Notes under the pieces: model-generated
Databases searched by the model: none
Told to the model about the DNA's origin: nothing
Seen by the model: only the letters and a program-made list of their open reading frames with translations
Assembly: GCF_000315625.1 (NCBI RefSeq)
Contig: NW_005434605.1
Location: 238,407 to 302,406, forward strand
Direction: 5' to 3'
Origin: Guillardia theta CCMP2712
Lineage: Eukaryota > Protista > Cryptophyta
DNA length: 64,000 nucleotides
Shown: positions 46,965 to 58,784 of the stretch, one piece after another
Layout of the letters: the number at the start of each line of letters is the position of its first letter
Position numbering within the stretch: the stretch's first letter is position 1
Program-made: the position numbers and the translations under genes

Positions 46965-47632
46965 GACCGTGCGCGAGAGCAGTGTGAGAAGTATCTAGAG
47001 GGGGCGGAGCATGTTATCCGATGTATAAAGAATGTATATACACAATCGAAAGAAAGCCTTCGGCCTAGAGCCATGCTTGACTCACCGATCAACTCAGTCT
47101 TGTCCATACATTTTTCAATTCCAAAGGGGAGTGAAGAGATCGGCACGTACGCCGCGTATGATACCTGCTGAGGCGGGTTGGTTTGTTTGCCCTTTCCTGC
47201 AGGAAGCTTACTTTACAGTGCCGTGACGAATCCGTGCGAGGAGGCTCAAGTTTACTCCTGCAAGAATTTGAATGTGTTTAAACACTGTTTCGACATCTAC
47301 TGTATGACCTGGCTCTAGGAAGTTTCGTTTCTCTTAGGCTGGTCATACCAAGAGTGCAAAAAGAGCAAGACCGCTTCAGGTTTTAGCCGACCCTCGAAAC
47401 GTCGCAGCACAACTTTCAACTTTTACCCAGCGAAATAGCAAAAGCCTGTGACCTGTTCAATTTCGGCCGAATCCGGATATCCATGGTGTACATTCACCAA
47501 AATTCAGTTTTACCGCATTTTACTACAGCCCAAGGCGTCAGCCGACAAAACTGAGTCAAAAGGATTCGACTGTGCGAGCGAGGAGCGGAGAGAGCGGTCG
47601 TGGGGCAGCAAAGGTGCCAAGGGTAAGAGATA

Positions 47633-48124
47633 ATGGGAGTACACGTTCATCGATGCATGTGCCAGGGCATGAGCTGCTCCCTCGCCGGCATCTTTGTCGC
47701 TCTCTTCCGTTCTGCTGTGATGTTCGCATGGAGCCTTCTCTTGCCCTTGGATCGGCACGAAGTGCTTCAAGACACTCCATTAAACCAAGCTGTCGACGAT
47801 CACAACGAACTGGTAGGCCACGAGGACTCCTCTGCTTCAGATAGCCAATCATCCCGTGCTTTGACAAGATCCGCCAGTGCGAATCATGCCCATCACGCCG
47901 CCCTGCGTATGGAAGCTGGATCTCATCTCAGCTTGCGATGCAAGTTGCTGGAACACCCCGATAGTCACGCCTGCTCCTGCAGCTGCTTGCGCTGCATGAA
48001 GCGCATGAGGTCCGAGCTGCTGTCGTCCTTTGAGCAAGCGCGATTGCAAGGCTACATCGTGGTCACGACAAGAGAAGCGGCGGGGCGACATCAGCAAGGG
48101 AGAAGACGTCGATCGGTATTATGA
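47633..48124 (+). CDS. Cys/His-rich orphan protein, copy 2 (possibly a pseudogene)
   Basis: ORF MGVHVHRCMCQGMSC..., paralogous to 46440-46964. Confidence 0.5.
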   Translation: MGVHVHRCMCQGMSCSLAGIFVALFRSAVMFAWSLLLPLDRHEVLQDTPLNQAVDDHNELVGHEDSSASDSQSSRALTRSASANHAHHAALRMEAGSHLSLRCKLLEHPDSHACSCSCLRCMKRMRSELLSSFEQARLQGYIVVTTREAAGRHQQGRRRRSVL

Positions 48125-48717
48125 GACCGTGCGCGAGAGCAGTGTGAGAAGTATCTAGAGGGGGCGGAGCATGTTATCCGATGTATAAAGAATGTATATA
48201 CACAATCGAAAGAAAGCCTTCGGCCTAGAGCCATGCTTGACTCACCGATCAACTCAGTCTTGTCCATACATTTTTCAATCCGAAGGGGAGTGAAGAGATC
48301 TGCATGGACCCAATCATGTGACTCTGATGCCTTTGACAGTCACAATACAAGCTTGCGATGTGTGCATGGGAGCAGCAAAGACGGGATGAGCCGCATCTCC
48401 AGGCCTGCAAATCTGATTGTCTCATCATCATGCCAGATCATCCGATCGCCAGTCGGACAGACCGTACGCCTACATCATAGGTGAACTTCCGTCCGATGGG
48501 TAACGATGAACACGGATGTTCCTCAGCGCACGACTAGTCTGATGAGATCCGCAGTTTCATCCGATCGGATTGCCAGCCCAGCCCGGTCAGGGTACGGTCG
48601 TCAGTGTGGCCGCCGGGCCGCCCGAATAAAAACAATTGACTAGCTGTTCAAAATACACTCACCTTTTTTTTGCTCGGTAGTCAAACTTTTTTCCCCACTC
48701 CGCGCGAGGAGGCGGCG

Positions 48718-50852
48718 ATGACAGAGAAGACGGTGGAGTTCCCCAACGGGTTGCGGTACGACGGGAAGGTGAACAAGCAGGGGCTCCCCCATGGAGCAGG
48801 GAAGGTCGTCTACCCTGACGGCTCCTCCTATGTGGGAGAGTGGAAGGTGAGGACAAGGCGTCGGATGGTGGCTGGAGGAATGCTGAAAGAAGTTTGTCTT
48901 GTCCAGGATGGGATGAGGCAGGGGCAAGGAGCTCTGTACGTCTCGGCTGATGAGCAGTTCGAAGGGTAGGATGACGCAGGATACGGGAGATTCGAGCATG
49001 GTTCTGACGATGGGTGATATTCAGGGACTGGGTTGACAACAAGAAAGAAGGGAGAGGAACGTACAAGTTTCCTAATGGCGATGTGTTCGACGGTGTTGGC
49101 TGCGATGATGAGCGTTGGGAGGTGAGTGACACGTGCCTTCAGGATGCTACTTGAACGACAAGAGGCATGGCACAGGGACTTACAGGTCAGACCTGCCGCT
49201 TTTGTCGCCAGCTGTTCTCATACCGTCCAAGGCATGCGAATGGAGTCTTGTATGAAGGGAACTGGGAGGATGGTCTACGAAGTGGTCAGGGCACGGAGAC
49301 GTATCCAAACGGAGATAAGTATCAGGAAAGCTCGTTCCTTGCTCGGAGACTCGCGTGACAACCAGGCAGGGCTCGTGGAGTTTCGATCTGAAACAAGGCT
49401 ATGGGACCATGACCTTCAGCAATGGCAGCCAGTGAGTCCCTAGAAGCAGCTGAAGTCGGGGTGGATGATCGTGCCTAGGTACATCGGCTTCTGGGACAAA
49501 GGAGTGAAGTCAGGAGCAGGAAAGATGCTGCTCTCCGACGGAAGCCGATATGAGGTCGGGTTGTGCGTGCGGGGAGGGATGGAGATTGAAGGGTGTGGAT
49601 CCAGGGCGAGATGTTTGGAGATCGCCGGGACGGTAAGGGAGTCTATCACTACCCAAGTGGAACAACGTGAGTCTGTCTTGGCCTCCTCAATGGTTCCTCA
49701 ACCAGCCGCGCGCAGGTACCAGGGGGACTGGGTGAATGATCTCCGGCACGGTGAAGGACAGATGTCGTTTCCCAACGGAGAAGTCTACAAGTTGTTTGCC
49801 ATGCAGCTTGACCTTCACCCTGTGAGATCCCGTTGTCTCCGCAGGGGACAGTGGAACAAAGGTCACCGTGAGGGCGAGGGCGAGGCTGTTTATGCAGACG
49901 GCAGCCAGTAAGACCATGCCCGCCTGACTTAGAGCTGGTGGGTGATATAGCTGCAGGTACCTCGGTGAATGGAGGCAGGACAAGCGACATGGTCGAGGTA
50001 GATGGCAGTTGGCTGCTTCTTGGGTACGACCGACTGCTCTTTGAAGGCATCTACACGTTCTCGAACCTTGACACCTACGACGGGGAGTGGAAGAACGATC
50101 TGGGTGACTTGGCCTTCATTTCTGGCTGGCCAGTCAAACTGAGTGCGGTCACCAGTGGATGGCAGAGGCGTCTACAACTCTCACGGCAATGGCGTCTACA
50201 CTGGAGAGTTCAAGGTGACTGTCGGCACACGTCTTGTTTCCTTGCCTGCCAGCAAGCCAGCATCTGAATTCCCATTCTCGTTTGCTTTCCTCCGTGACTT
50301 GTGCTGGATGTTGCCTTCGTCTTCCCCATCCTTATCCTTGTCCTTGCTAATACGGCAATTAGGATGGTAAGAGGAACGGACAAGGCACATTCATCCACGT
50401 CAACGGTGAAAGAAGAGCTGAGAACTATGTAGCAACGTGACCTGCGCACATGTTCCGATGAGCAGGAGACGAGTACACCGGAGAGTGGCTGGACGACAAG
50501 CCGCACGGTCCTTCCCTTTTGCCCTCCCCTGCTTCATCTACTTGCTAATTCCCCTCGCCTTGCAGGACGAGGAGTGTACAAGTCCTCACGAGACGGTAGC
50601 GTCTTCAGGTTCACTCCCCTCCCCTCCTGTTGCTCTGCTTCTCGACGCTGACGTCATCCCAGCGGAGAGTGGCGCGAGGGGAAGCGACATGGCAACGGCA
50701 TCCTCCAGCTCTTCGACGGGTCCACCTGCAGGTTGCGACGAGCTGGACAGGCAGCAGTCGCTGAGATGGTTTGCAGGGACGAGTGGTACCGAGGAGTGCT
50801 TGCAGTTCGTTTCATGCCAACACAGGATATGAATGTGGAGAATGGAATGTAG
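48718..50852 (+). CDS. MORN-repeat protein; many short exons
   Basis: Repeated Y-x-G-x-W-x-x-x-x-x-x-G-x-G units (YVGEWKDGMRQGQG, YEGNWEDGLRSGQG, YQGDWVNDLRHGEG, etc.) reconstructed across short introns. Confidence 0.93.
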
Positions 50853-51001
50853 GGGAAGGCGAACTAGAGCTGAAGGAGAGAGAGAAGGCTGGAAGGAGTG
50901 AAGTAGGGAGAGAGGAGTAACAGAGGATTAAGAGAGCAAGACGAGGGGATGATAGTATGACAAGACTTGGGGTTGAGCACTGCGGCAGTTTCCCTTCGCC
51001 T

Positions 51002-54000
51002 TCATCTTCGTCTCCCTGCTCCGATGTGCCGCGTGAACGCCTCCTGCAGCGACCTCTCTTGGTGCTCTGTGGGACAGTCAGCACGAATGACATCTCCTCC
51101 CTCCTCTCGCCTGCTCGCTCGTCCTCTGCCTGCACTCGCCGTTTGTCGCTCGTTGAGAGCGTCGCCCTGCAAGAAGGGTTACATGGGGAAGGAGAGGGCA
51201 AGGGAGGGGAGGGGAGGGGAGAGGAGGGAGAGGAGAGAGCGAGGGAGAGAAGGAGGGAGGGATAGGAGGGAAAGAGGGAGGATGATGAGGGAAAGGAGAG
51301 AAGTAGGAGAAGGTACATAGAGCCTTCAGCTTCTGTCCATGAGTGAACTTCGAGGTTGAGATTGAAGCGCCAGATCTTGTAGACGGGGATGATGACGTGG
51401 CAGTAGGATACGATCTCTACTTCCCCCACAAACCTCTTCTCTCCGCTCGGATCCTGCAGGTTGTCAGGAAGGACGTAAGGAGACGAGAACCATTGCTAGG
51501 AACGACGGGAGGGAGGGAGGGAGAGAGAAGCAGGTTTAGGGTTTAGAGGAGGATGAGACGACGATGGAAAAGGTGAAGGAAAGAGAGAGAGCATGAGAGA
51601 TTCGCGAGAAGACTGCGAGAGGAGACGCTGGTAATCGAGGAAGGAGAGCGGGGGAGAGCAGGAGGAAGCAGCAGAGGAGTCAAAGTCTAACCTTGAGCTT
51701 GGTAGAAGTCTTGGATCGGAAGAGACTCTCGATCTGGATGGGGCTCAAGACGACTGCTTCCGAGTCAGAAACAAGGAGGGAGAGAAGATCAAAGGGGAGA
51801 GGGAAGGGGAGGGGAAGACAGTGGAGGGTAGGGAATATGAGGAGGGGAGAGGAGGGGAGAGGAGGGGAGAGGGAAGTCGTTGGAGCAGTAGGTGTTGGGG
51901 GTAAAAAGTATGAGGAGGATTGGAGGCAGCATGTGACGTAGAGGAGGAGGAGATGAGAGTCAGAAGTTGGAGGGCAAGACATGAATTTCTTTCACCTTTT
52001 CCGACCATGTAAATATTCTGCTTGTTCTTCTTCTGCTCAATCTCTTCCAGTTCGAACCTGCCGGCGTTGTCAGCACGCCAGGGCAAGGAGGGAAATGAAG
52101 GAGAGCATGGACTAGCTGGAGGGGAGGGTGTGAGAGGAGGAGAGGAGGGGGCGAGGGAGAGGAGGGGAGGAGGGGGAGGAGGGGAGGAGGGGAGGAGGGG
52201 AGGGGAGGGAGGGGAGGGGAGGGGAGGGGAGGGGAGGGGAGGGGAGGGGAGGGGAGGGGAGGGGAGGGAGGGAGGGAGGGAGGAGTTACAGCAGCGGGAT
52301 CTGCAGCTGCCCATCAAGGTCGTTGAGGTCGATCTTGACCGCCTGGAACTCGGCGGAGGTGCCGCCCACGACGATGCTGGTCGATCTGATGGGGGTCCAT
52401 TGATTGTTCTCCTGCGATCTCTGCCCCAGCAGACGTCCAGCAGACGTCAGGACCTCCATGATTCACTCTCGGCTCCTCCCTCAGCCTCCTCCTTGTCCTC
52501 CCCCCTCTCTCCCGTCGCTGTCACTGTCCTGTCCCTGTCCCTCCACCATCCTCACCCTACCCCTTCCACCTCCACCTCCTTTCTTCCTCTCCCTCCCTCT
52601 TCCTCCCTCCTCTTGCTGTGCTCCTCTTCCCACCTTCGATCTCCAGCTTGAACTTCTTCTTCTTGAGCACGAGCATATCCTGGAAGAGGTTCTTGAAGCG
52701 GAGGTCCAGCAGCAGCAGCTGCTCTCCTCCATCCATCTCGTCCTCCGCGTCCACCCACGAGGACGCATACCTGCTCGAGCTGTTGCCGTGGTGAAGGTAC
52801 TTGAGGTTCTTCTCTTTCTCCACCTGCCTTCCAGGGGAGCTCCGGGTTCCTCCTGGTGCCTGCTCATGAGCGCGAGACCCCGCNNNNNNNNNNNNNNNNN
52901 NNNNNNNNNNNNNNNNNNNNNNNNNNNNNNNNNNNNNNNNNNNNNNNNNNNNNNNNNNNNNNNNNNNNNNNNNNNNNNNNNNNNNNNNNNNNNNNNNNNN
53001 NNNNNNNNNNNNNNNNNNNNNNNNNNNNNNNNNNNNNNNNNNNNNNNNNNNNNNNNNNNNNNNNNNNNNNNNNNNNNNNNNNNNNNNNNNNNNNNNNNNN
53101 NNNNNNNNNNNNNNNNNNNNNNNNNNNNNNNNNNNNNNNNNNNNNNNNNNNNNNNNNNNNNNNNNNNNNNNNNNNNNNNNNNNNNNNNNNNNNNNNNNNN
53201 NNNNNNNNNNNNNNNNNNNNNNNNNNNNNNNNNNNNNNNNNNNNNNNNNNNNNNNNNNNNNNNNNNNNNNNNNNNNNNNNNNNNNNNNNNNNNNNNNNNN
53301 NNNNNNNNNNNNNNNNNNNNNNNNNNNNNNNNNNNNNNNNNNNNNNNNNNNNNNNNNNNNNNNNNNNNNNNNNNNNNNNNNNNNNNNNNNNNNNNNNNNN
53401 NNNNNNNNNNNNNNNNNNNNNNNNNNNNNNNNNNNNNNNNNNNNNNNNNNNNNNNNNNNNNNNNNNNNNNNNNNNNNNNNNNNNNNNNNNNNNNNNNNNN
53501 NNNNNNNNNNNNNNNNNNNNNNNNNNNNNNNNNNNNNNNNNNNNNNNNNNNNNNNNNNNNNNNNNNNNNNNNNNNNNNNNNNNNNNNNNNNNNNNNNNNN
53601 NNNNNNNNNNNNNNNNNNNNNNNNNNNNNNNNNNNNNNNNNNNNNNNNNNNNNNNNNNNNNNNNNNNNNNNNNNNNNNNNNNNNNNNNNNNNNNNNNNNN
53701 NNNNNNNNNNNNNNNNCCACGGCATGGAGGCATCGTGTTGTCAACCTGGACTGCAACAAACAGACGGCTACAATTGTGGAATTTTCGGTTTGTTGCATCT
53801 GCTTCGGAGCGCAGAGACACGAAGGAAGAGCAGCGACAACGAGAAGTATAGCACTTCTGTGGCCTCGTAGGGATCACCTGCGTCTTCTCTATCCTTACGT
53901 CATGGGTCGACCTTGAGAGAGAATGAGTCGGGGGTAGGGAGAGAGAGAGAGAGATGGGGCAATTTCCTTGCGAACGACAGAAGGAAGATCAGATAAGACA

Positions 54001-55866
54001 GGGAAGAAACGAGGATGACAGCAATCAATATATGAATCACAGGGAGAGAAGAGGAGAAGAGAAACAGGAGGAGGAGGATGAAGGTGTTGAGGAGGAGAAT
54101 GGAGGAGGGAGGAGGAGGAGGAGAACGGAGGGGAGGGAGGGGAAGGTACGAGGATGGGGAGACTCGAGCGAGCGAGCGCGGAGGTAGGCGGAGGCTCGGG
54201 AGGACGCGAGCGCTGACCGGTTACAGACGTCCTTCAAGGGGATCTCAACGAGGCCGATAAGCTTGTCCGTCGCCACCCCCACGTTCCAGTCGTAGACGCG
54301 GAGCTCGAGTCGCTCCATCCTGCCGTCTACCTCGAACGTCATCTCGTCCCCCCACACCGGGTCCAAGGAGCAGTAGACGACGCTGGACTGGCGCTGGACG
54401 TGGCCGACGCGGACCATGACGTAGGGGTCGCTGAGGCCGAAGTGATCGCACTTGGGGAGGCGGTTGGCGCGAAGGAGGCGGAGGTGGAGGGAGCCGTGCA
54501 TGTGAGAATGGTTGGCGGAGGAGATTCTGTTGTGATGGAGCTGAGGGGAGAGTGAGGGAACGGAGGTAGGGAGAAGGGGCTCAAGGAGCAAGAGGAGGTG
54601 GAAGAGGAGGGAGGGAGGAGGAGGAGAAGGATAATGGAGGAGAATAAAGAGGAAGGAAAAGAGGGCAGATAGAGCACCTTGGTGTCATGGCGTGCAATCC
54701 ATCTCGTCGAAATCTCAATCGATGCCGTTCCTGGGATAAGAGAAGGTGGGAATGAGGAGATCAGGACGGCAAGGACGAGAGAGAGGAGAAGGGAGAAGAT
54801 GGAGGAGGAGGTTGAGGGAGTAAGTCGGCAGGGAGCTCGAGCGAGGAGTAAGAGAGCATCAGCCACCTGTCCCGTCCTCCAGGTCGTACATGCAGATCTC
54901 GTAGTTGTCAATGCTGTTGAAGTAGTCGAAGTCAAGCTCGAACTCCATCCTTGTGGGCTTCGCGTCCAGCCACGACGAGTGTCCTGCCTTGAACCACGTC
55001 ATTGTCCTCGGGTCCTGCACGTTGAGCACGGCGAGCGGCCGGCAGGGGAAGGCCGGCTTCTCCTGCTTCCCGAACTGCCTTGACCGGAAGTCGGGGAGGT
55101 TGGAGCAACGGAGGGAGAGGACGGCCTTGCTGACCTGCTCGTCAGGGGACACGATCCTGCTGGCAAAGAGTTCCCTGCCGGTCCTCTGGTTCAGAATGTC
55201 CGCGGTCGAGCACTCTTGCTCCGCCTTGACGTTGGTCGAGATGCTTGACATGACGAGGCGTCCGCCCGACAGCCCGACGGGGCGCATGGGAGGAGGAGGT
55301 CGGAGCCGAGACTCGAGGCTGACCAGGACTTTTTTCCTCCAGCCATCGTGAGCGCGGATGCCCTGCCGGTCCAGGAAGATGCTGTCCATGATTGCCTGAA
55401 ACTCCTGGAAGTCTATGGAGCCGTTGTTGTCCACGTCGAACTCCTTGAACATCTGCAGCGCCCACGTCAGCATGACAGGCCAGGCCCTGTTGCTGCCGCT
55501 GCCACCGCCGCCGCCACCGCAGCAGCAGCAGCAGCAGCTGCTGCTGCTGCTGCTGCTGCTGTTCCTCCTGCTCCCTCACCCCCCGCCGTCGACATTCCTC
55601 CGAGAGCTAGGAGCTGTGATAGCTCGGCAAGGCTCCCTCCCTTGCCCCAAGGTCCTCGCTTGGCTCGAAGCTTGAAGGACCGGTCGTGTGCTATGCTCAC
55701 CTCTGTGGCTCGAAAGACTCTCCCTTCGATAGTGTATTCTCTCCTGCCTTCCATAGCTCCATGGCTGCTTCATTCCGAAGAAGGAGACGGTGACTGAGAT
55801 GTCGTCTGCTCGTGCTATCTCAGGTCTGTAAGGTGCTTTCCACATGATGGCCTTGTCGACTCCATC
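51002..55866 (-). CDS. EF-hand plus multiple C2-domain protein (partial; interrupted by an N-gap)
   Basis: EF-hand MFKEFDVDNNGSIDFQEF; canonical C2 LHLRLLRANRLPKCDHFGLSDPYV...LDPVW...LRVYDWN...DKLIG; copine-like C2 segments (VLSLRCSNLPD...ICMYDLE; NNQWTPIRST). Confidence 0.78.
52140..52285. repeat. (GGGGA/GGAG)n purine microsatellite (intronic)
   Basis: Directly visible. Confidence 0.9.
52884..53716. other. Assembly gap (N run)
   Basis: Run of n. Confidence 1.
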
Positions 55867-55994
55867 NNNNNNNNNNNNNNNNNNNNNNNNNNNNNNNNNN
55901 NNNNNNNNNNNNNNNNNNNNNNNNNNNNNNNNNNNNNNNNNNNNNNNNNNNNNNNNNNNNNNNNNNNNNNNNNNNNNNNNNNNNNNNNNNNNNN
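55867..55994. other. Assembly gap (N run)
   Basis: Run of n followed by (GTC)n. Confidence 1.
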
Positions 55995-55995
55995 A

Positions 55996-56040
<45 letters not shown>

Positions 56041-56129
56041 TGCTGCTGCTGCCTGCTCGCTTCGCCTCGCCTCCTCCCTCCCTCCTCCCCCCCCCCCCCT
56101 TCCCTCCTCCTCCCTCCCTCTCACTCAGC

Positions 56130-58540
56130 TCTTCTTTTCTCTCCGCACTCACTCTGTGTTGCCCTTGCCCGAAGTGCGTGATGAAGCTTCGCTCATTCGC
56201 CTGTTCAAAGCATTCCCCTCCTGCTCTTCACTCATCCTCCCATCGTCCGCCAGCACATCAAAGCACCTGCGCCTCCTTCTTCTGCGTGCTCTCCTTCAGC
56301 CGCTGCTTCTCCTCCTCGTCTCTCTCCCAGTCGAGAGCTTCAGAGATCTGCTGGATCCTCTCCACAGGGAGGGAGGAGAGCAGGGAGCGCATTTCGTCCT
56401 CCGACTTGTTCTTCATCTACCAGAAAAGTTCACAAAGACTTACACTCCTCCTCCTCCTTGTCTCCCCTTCTCCTCCTCCCCGTTCACACCTCAGCCAGGA
56501 GGTCCTCGACAGGTTTGACCTGCATGAAACACGTCACAATGATCACTGACGAGGGAGGGGTCGAACCTCTAGATCCTCTTCGAAGAACAGCTCAATCTTC
56601 TCCGACAACTTTCACAACAAAAGAAGCTCAGTGACTGTCCTCTCCGCTCCCTTCCCCTCCTCCCTCCTCTCTGCCCCCTCCTCTCCTCTCCCTTCTCTCT
56701 GCTCCCTCCCCCTCCTCCTCTTTGCTCTCTGCTCTCCGCTCCCTCTTCTCCGCTCCCTCCTCTCGTCGCCTTACCCCATTCCCCCCCGTCGCGCCATTCA
56801 TAGTCGCCTCACCGCCCCCTTCGAACCTCACACGCTTCTTCCCCTGCACAGGTTGAGCTCTCCTCCCCTCTAGCCTCTGCTCCCTTCACGTTCTCTGCTT
56901 GCTCGTCGCTCTGCTTTCTGATCGTGGCGAACAAGCTGCAGTAGTTCACCTGGACCCCAGCAGGGCATCAGCTCTGCTCGTGTACCGAAGATTGAAAGCA
57001 CCGCGTTCGATGACTTCTCAGACCATAGCTGTGACAGAACGCACGAGGAGGAGGAGGAGGAGGAGGAGGAGGAGGAGGAGGAGGAGGAGGAATCCATGTA
57101 ACAGATGGAAGGAGGGATGTTAGCAGGATCACCCTGAAGGAATATAACAAACCTTCTCCTGGTCTTCTCCTTCATTGACGACGTACCTCAACGCATTGAC
57201 GCCATGCTGCGAACCGAACGCAGTCAAGATAAAGTGGCGGAGAGCATTATTCTATCTCTCACATGGTCGACGACCGAGCAGTCAGCTCTGGCTCTGATGA
57301 GCAGAGAAACAGTTTCATCAAACCTCTCTCTCGCAGCCTGAATCAAAGCCGTGCTCCCGTCCTCCTGTCACGGCACCTCCGTCATCCCCGCCACCCCCGA
57401 ACACCCGCTCCTTCACCAAGTTTACAACATCCACGTCCGCATTCAGCTCCAACAGCTCCTGCACCACGAAGCTGCGCCCGAGGCTGGACGATCGCATGAG
57501 GAGGGTCTGACCCTCCTGCCCCTCCACGTCACTCAAAGGAAGTTCACCCTGCCTCCGCTCACCTTGTCCTTCAGGTTCATATTGAACTGAAGCCTCCTAG
57601 CAATCCACAGCATCTCCGAGCAGACCTGGTCCGGCTCGTTCTCGATGACATGTTGGACCGATCGGTACAACTTGGCGCCCTCGGAGTCAGCAGCCTCCTC
57701 CCGCACCCCCTGCCATATTCACCACAAGGTCTGTCGGCTCCATTTCCGCCGCCTCCTCTTGCCCCTGACCAGCCGAGGACTCTGATACTGAAACGTCAGA
57801 CCAGTCGTTCAACAGGCCGACCGTCATACCCAGGGCCGATTTCAAGGCGAAGGACAGAGCTCTGTGCTCTGTCAGCCCACCTATCACGCCCTGGACCCCC
57901 AGCTCCCCGTTTGGAAGCCAGTTTCCTCGTCGCTCGATGATTTCTTTGACAACTCTCTTAAGATTTTCCATGTCTTCTGCTAGCATCAAGGTCATGTGAA
58001 ACGCCCTCACGCCCTCCCATCCTCTGCAGCACCCTGCGCCCCTGTGGGGTCCAGAACTTCCGCATCGTCCTACGTCTCAACTCAGCAGTCCTTCGGCTGG
58101 CGACAAGACCCACCTCAGGAGTTGGCAGTGAATGGAAAACCACAAAACTCTTGGGGAACTTTCCCCGGTCTAGCACTAGAGGGGGAGCTTCAACCAGAGC
58201 AAACCTCTATGCTCACAGGTTCACCGCTCATGTCTTTGACATCAATCTTCCTCCCGAGCCACCAGCCGCTGTCCGATGTATCCTTCGTCCCCAACCATGA
58301 TCAGCGAGCAAAGGTCAAGCGAGTCGACCTACGTCTACGGCAACGACGTCTCCCTCCTGCAAGGACATCGCTCCTTCCTCGGCGCCATCGAAGTTGGAGA
58401 ACGCCTTCCCAATGACTCCTGTCAGCTACGAGTGGCAGAGGAAGGGCATGCTGTGGTACCTGAGCATACAGCAGGGGCTTCTGATCCTGGGTGAACTGAA
58501 AACCCTCCTCGTTCTCATCCGGATCACTTGCTGAAGGCAT
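56130..58540 (-). CDS. SH3 domain plus ankyrin repeats; probably the 5' part of the EF-hand/C2 gene
   Basis: Spliced SH3: KAFSNFDGAEEGAMSLQEGDVVAVDDTSDSGWWLG...RGKFPKSFV. Ankyrin motifs: EGQTLLMRSSSLGRSFVVQELLELNADVDVVN, DGSTALIQAARE and HGVNALRY. Confidence 0.75.
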
Positions 58541-58784
58541 CTAGAATCACAAGGATTGTCACTGCCATCTTCAGGGTCTCCGAACATTGTGTTTTCCTCC
58601 TCTCTCTCTCTCCTCCTCCTCCTCTCCCCCCCCGGCTTCCCTCATCACGCCATTCCTCGCGTTATTTGCGAGACTCTTCAGACGGCTCGTCAAATTTGTC
58701 AAGCACTTTATATATAATCTCTACAAGTTTATGAAATTATCATATAATTTTATACACGGGACACTTCCGGAGTTGGGTCCCATC

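Larger units (their letters stand above)
46040..48303 (+). repeat. Tandem segmental duplication, ~1.2-kb unit x2
   Basis: 46714-47119 appears identical to 47874-48279 (offset 1160). The upstream parts share blocks such as aatttcggccgaatccggata and ggcgtcagccgacaaa but are diverged. Confidence 0.95.

Noticed and set aside
47220-47275. SECIS-like stem-loop (GTGA...TGA) downstream of duplicate copy 1
   Set aside because: Helix pairing is poor, the AA position is non-canonical and the element is not present in copy 2.
52404-53877. ORFs of 330-490 aa in the ORF track
   Set aside because: They run through the N-gap and consist mostly of X.
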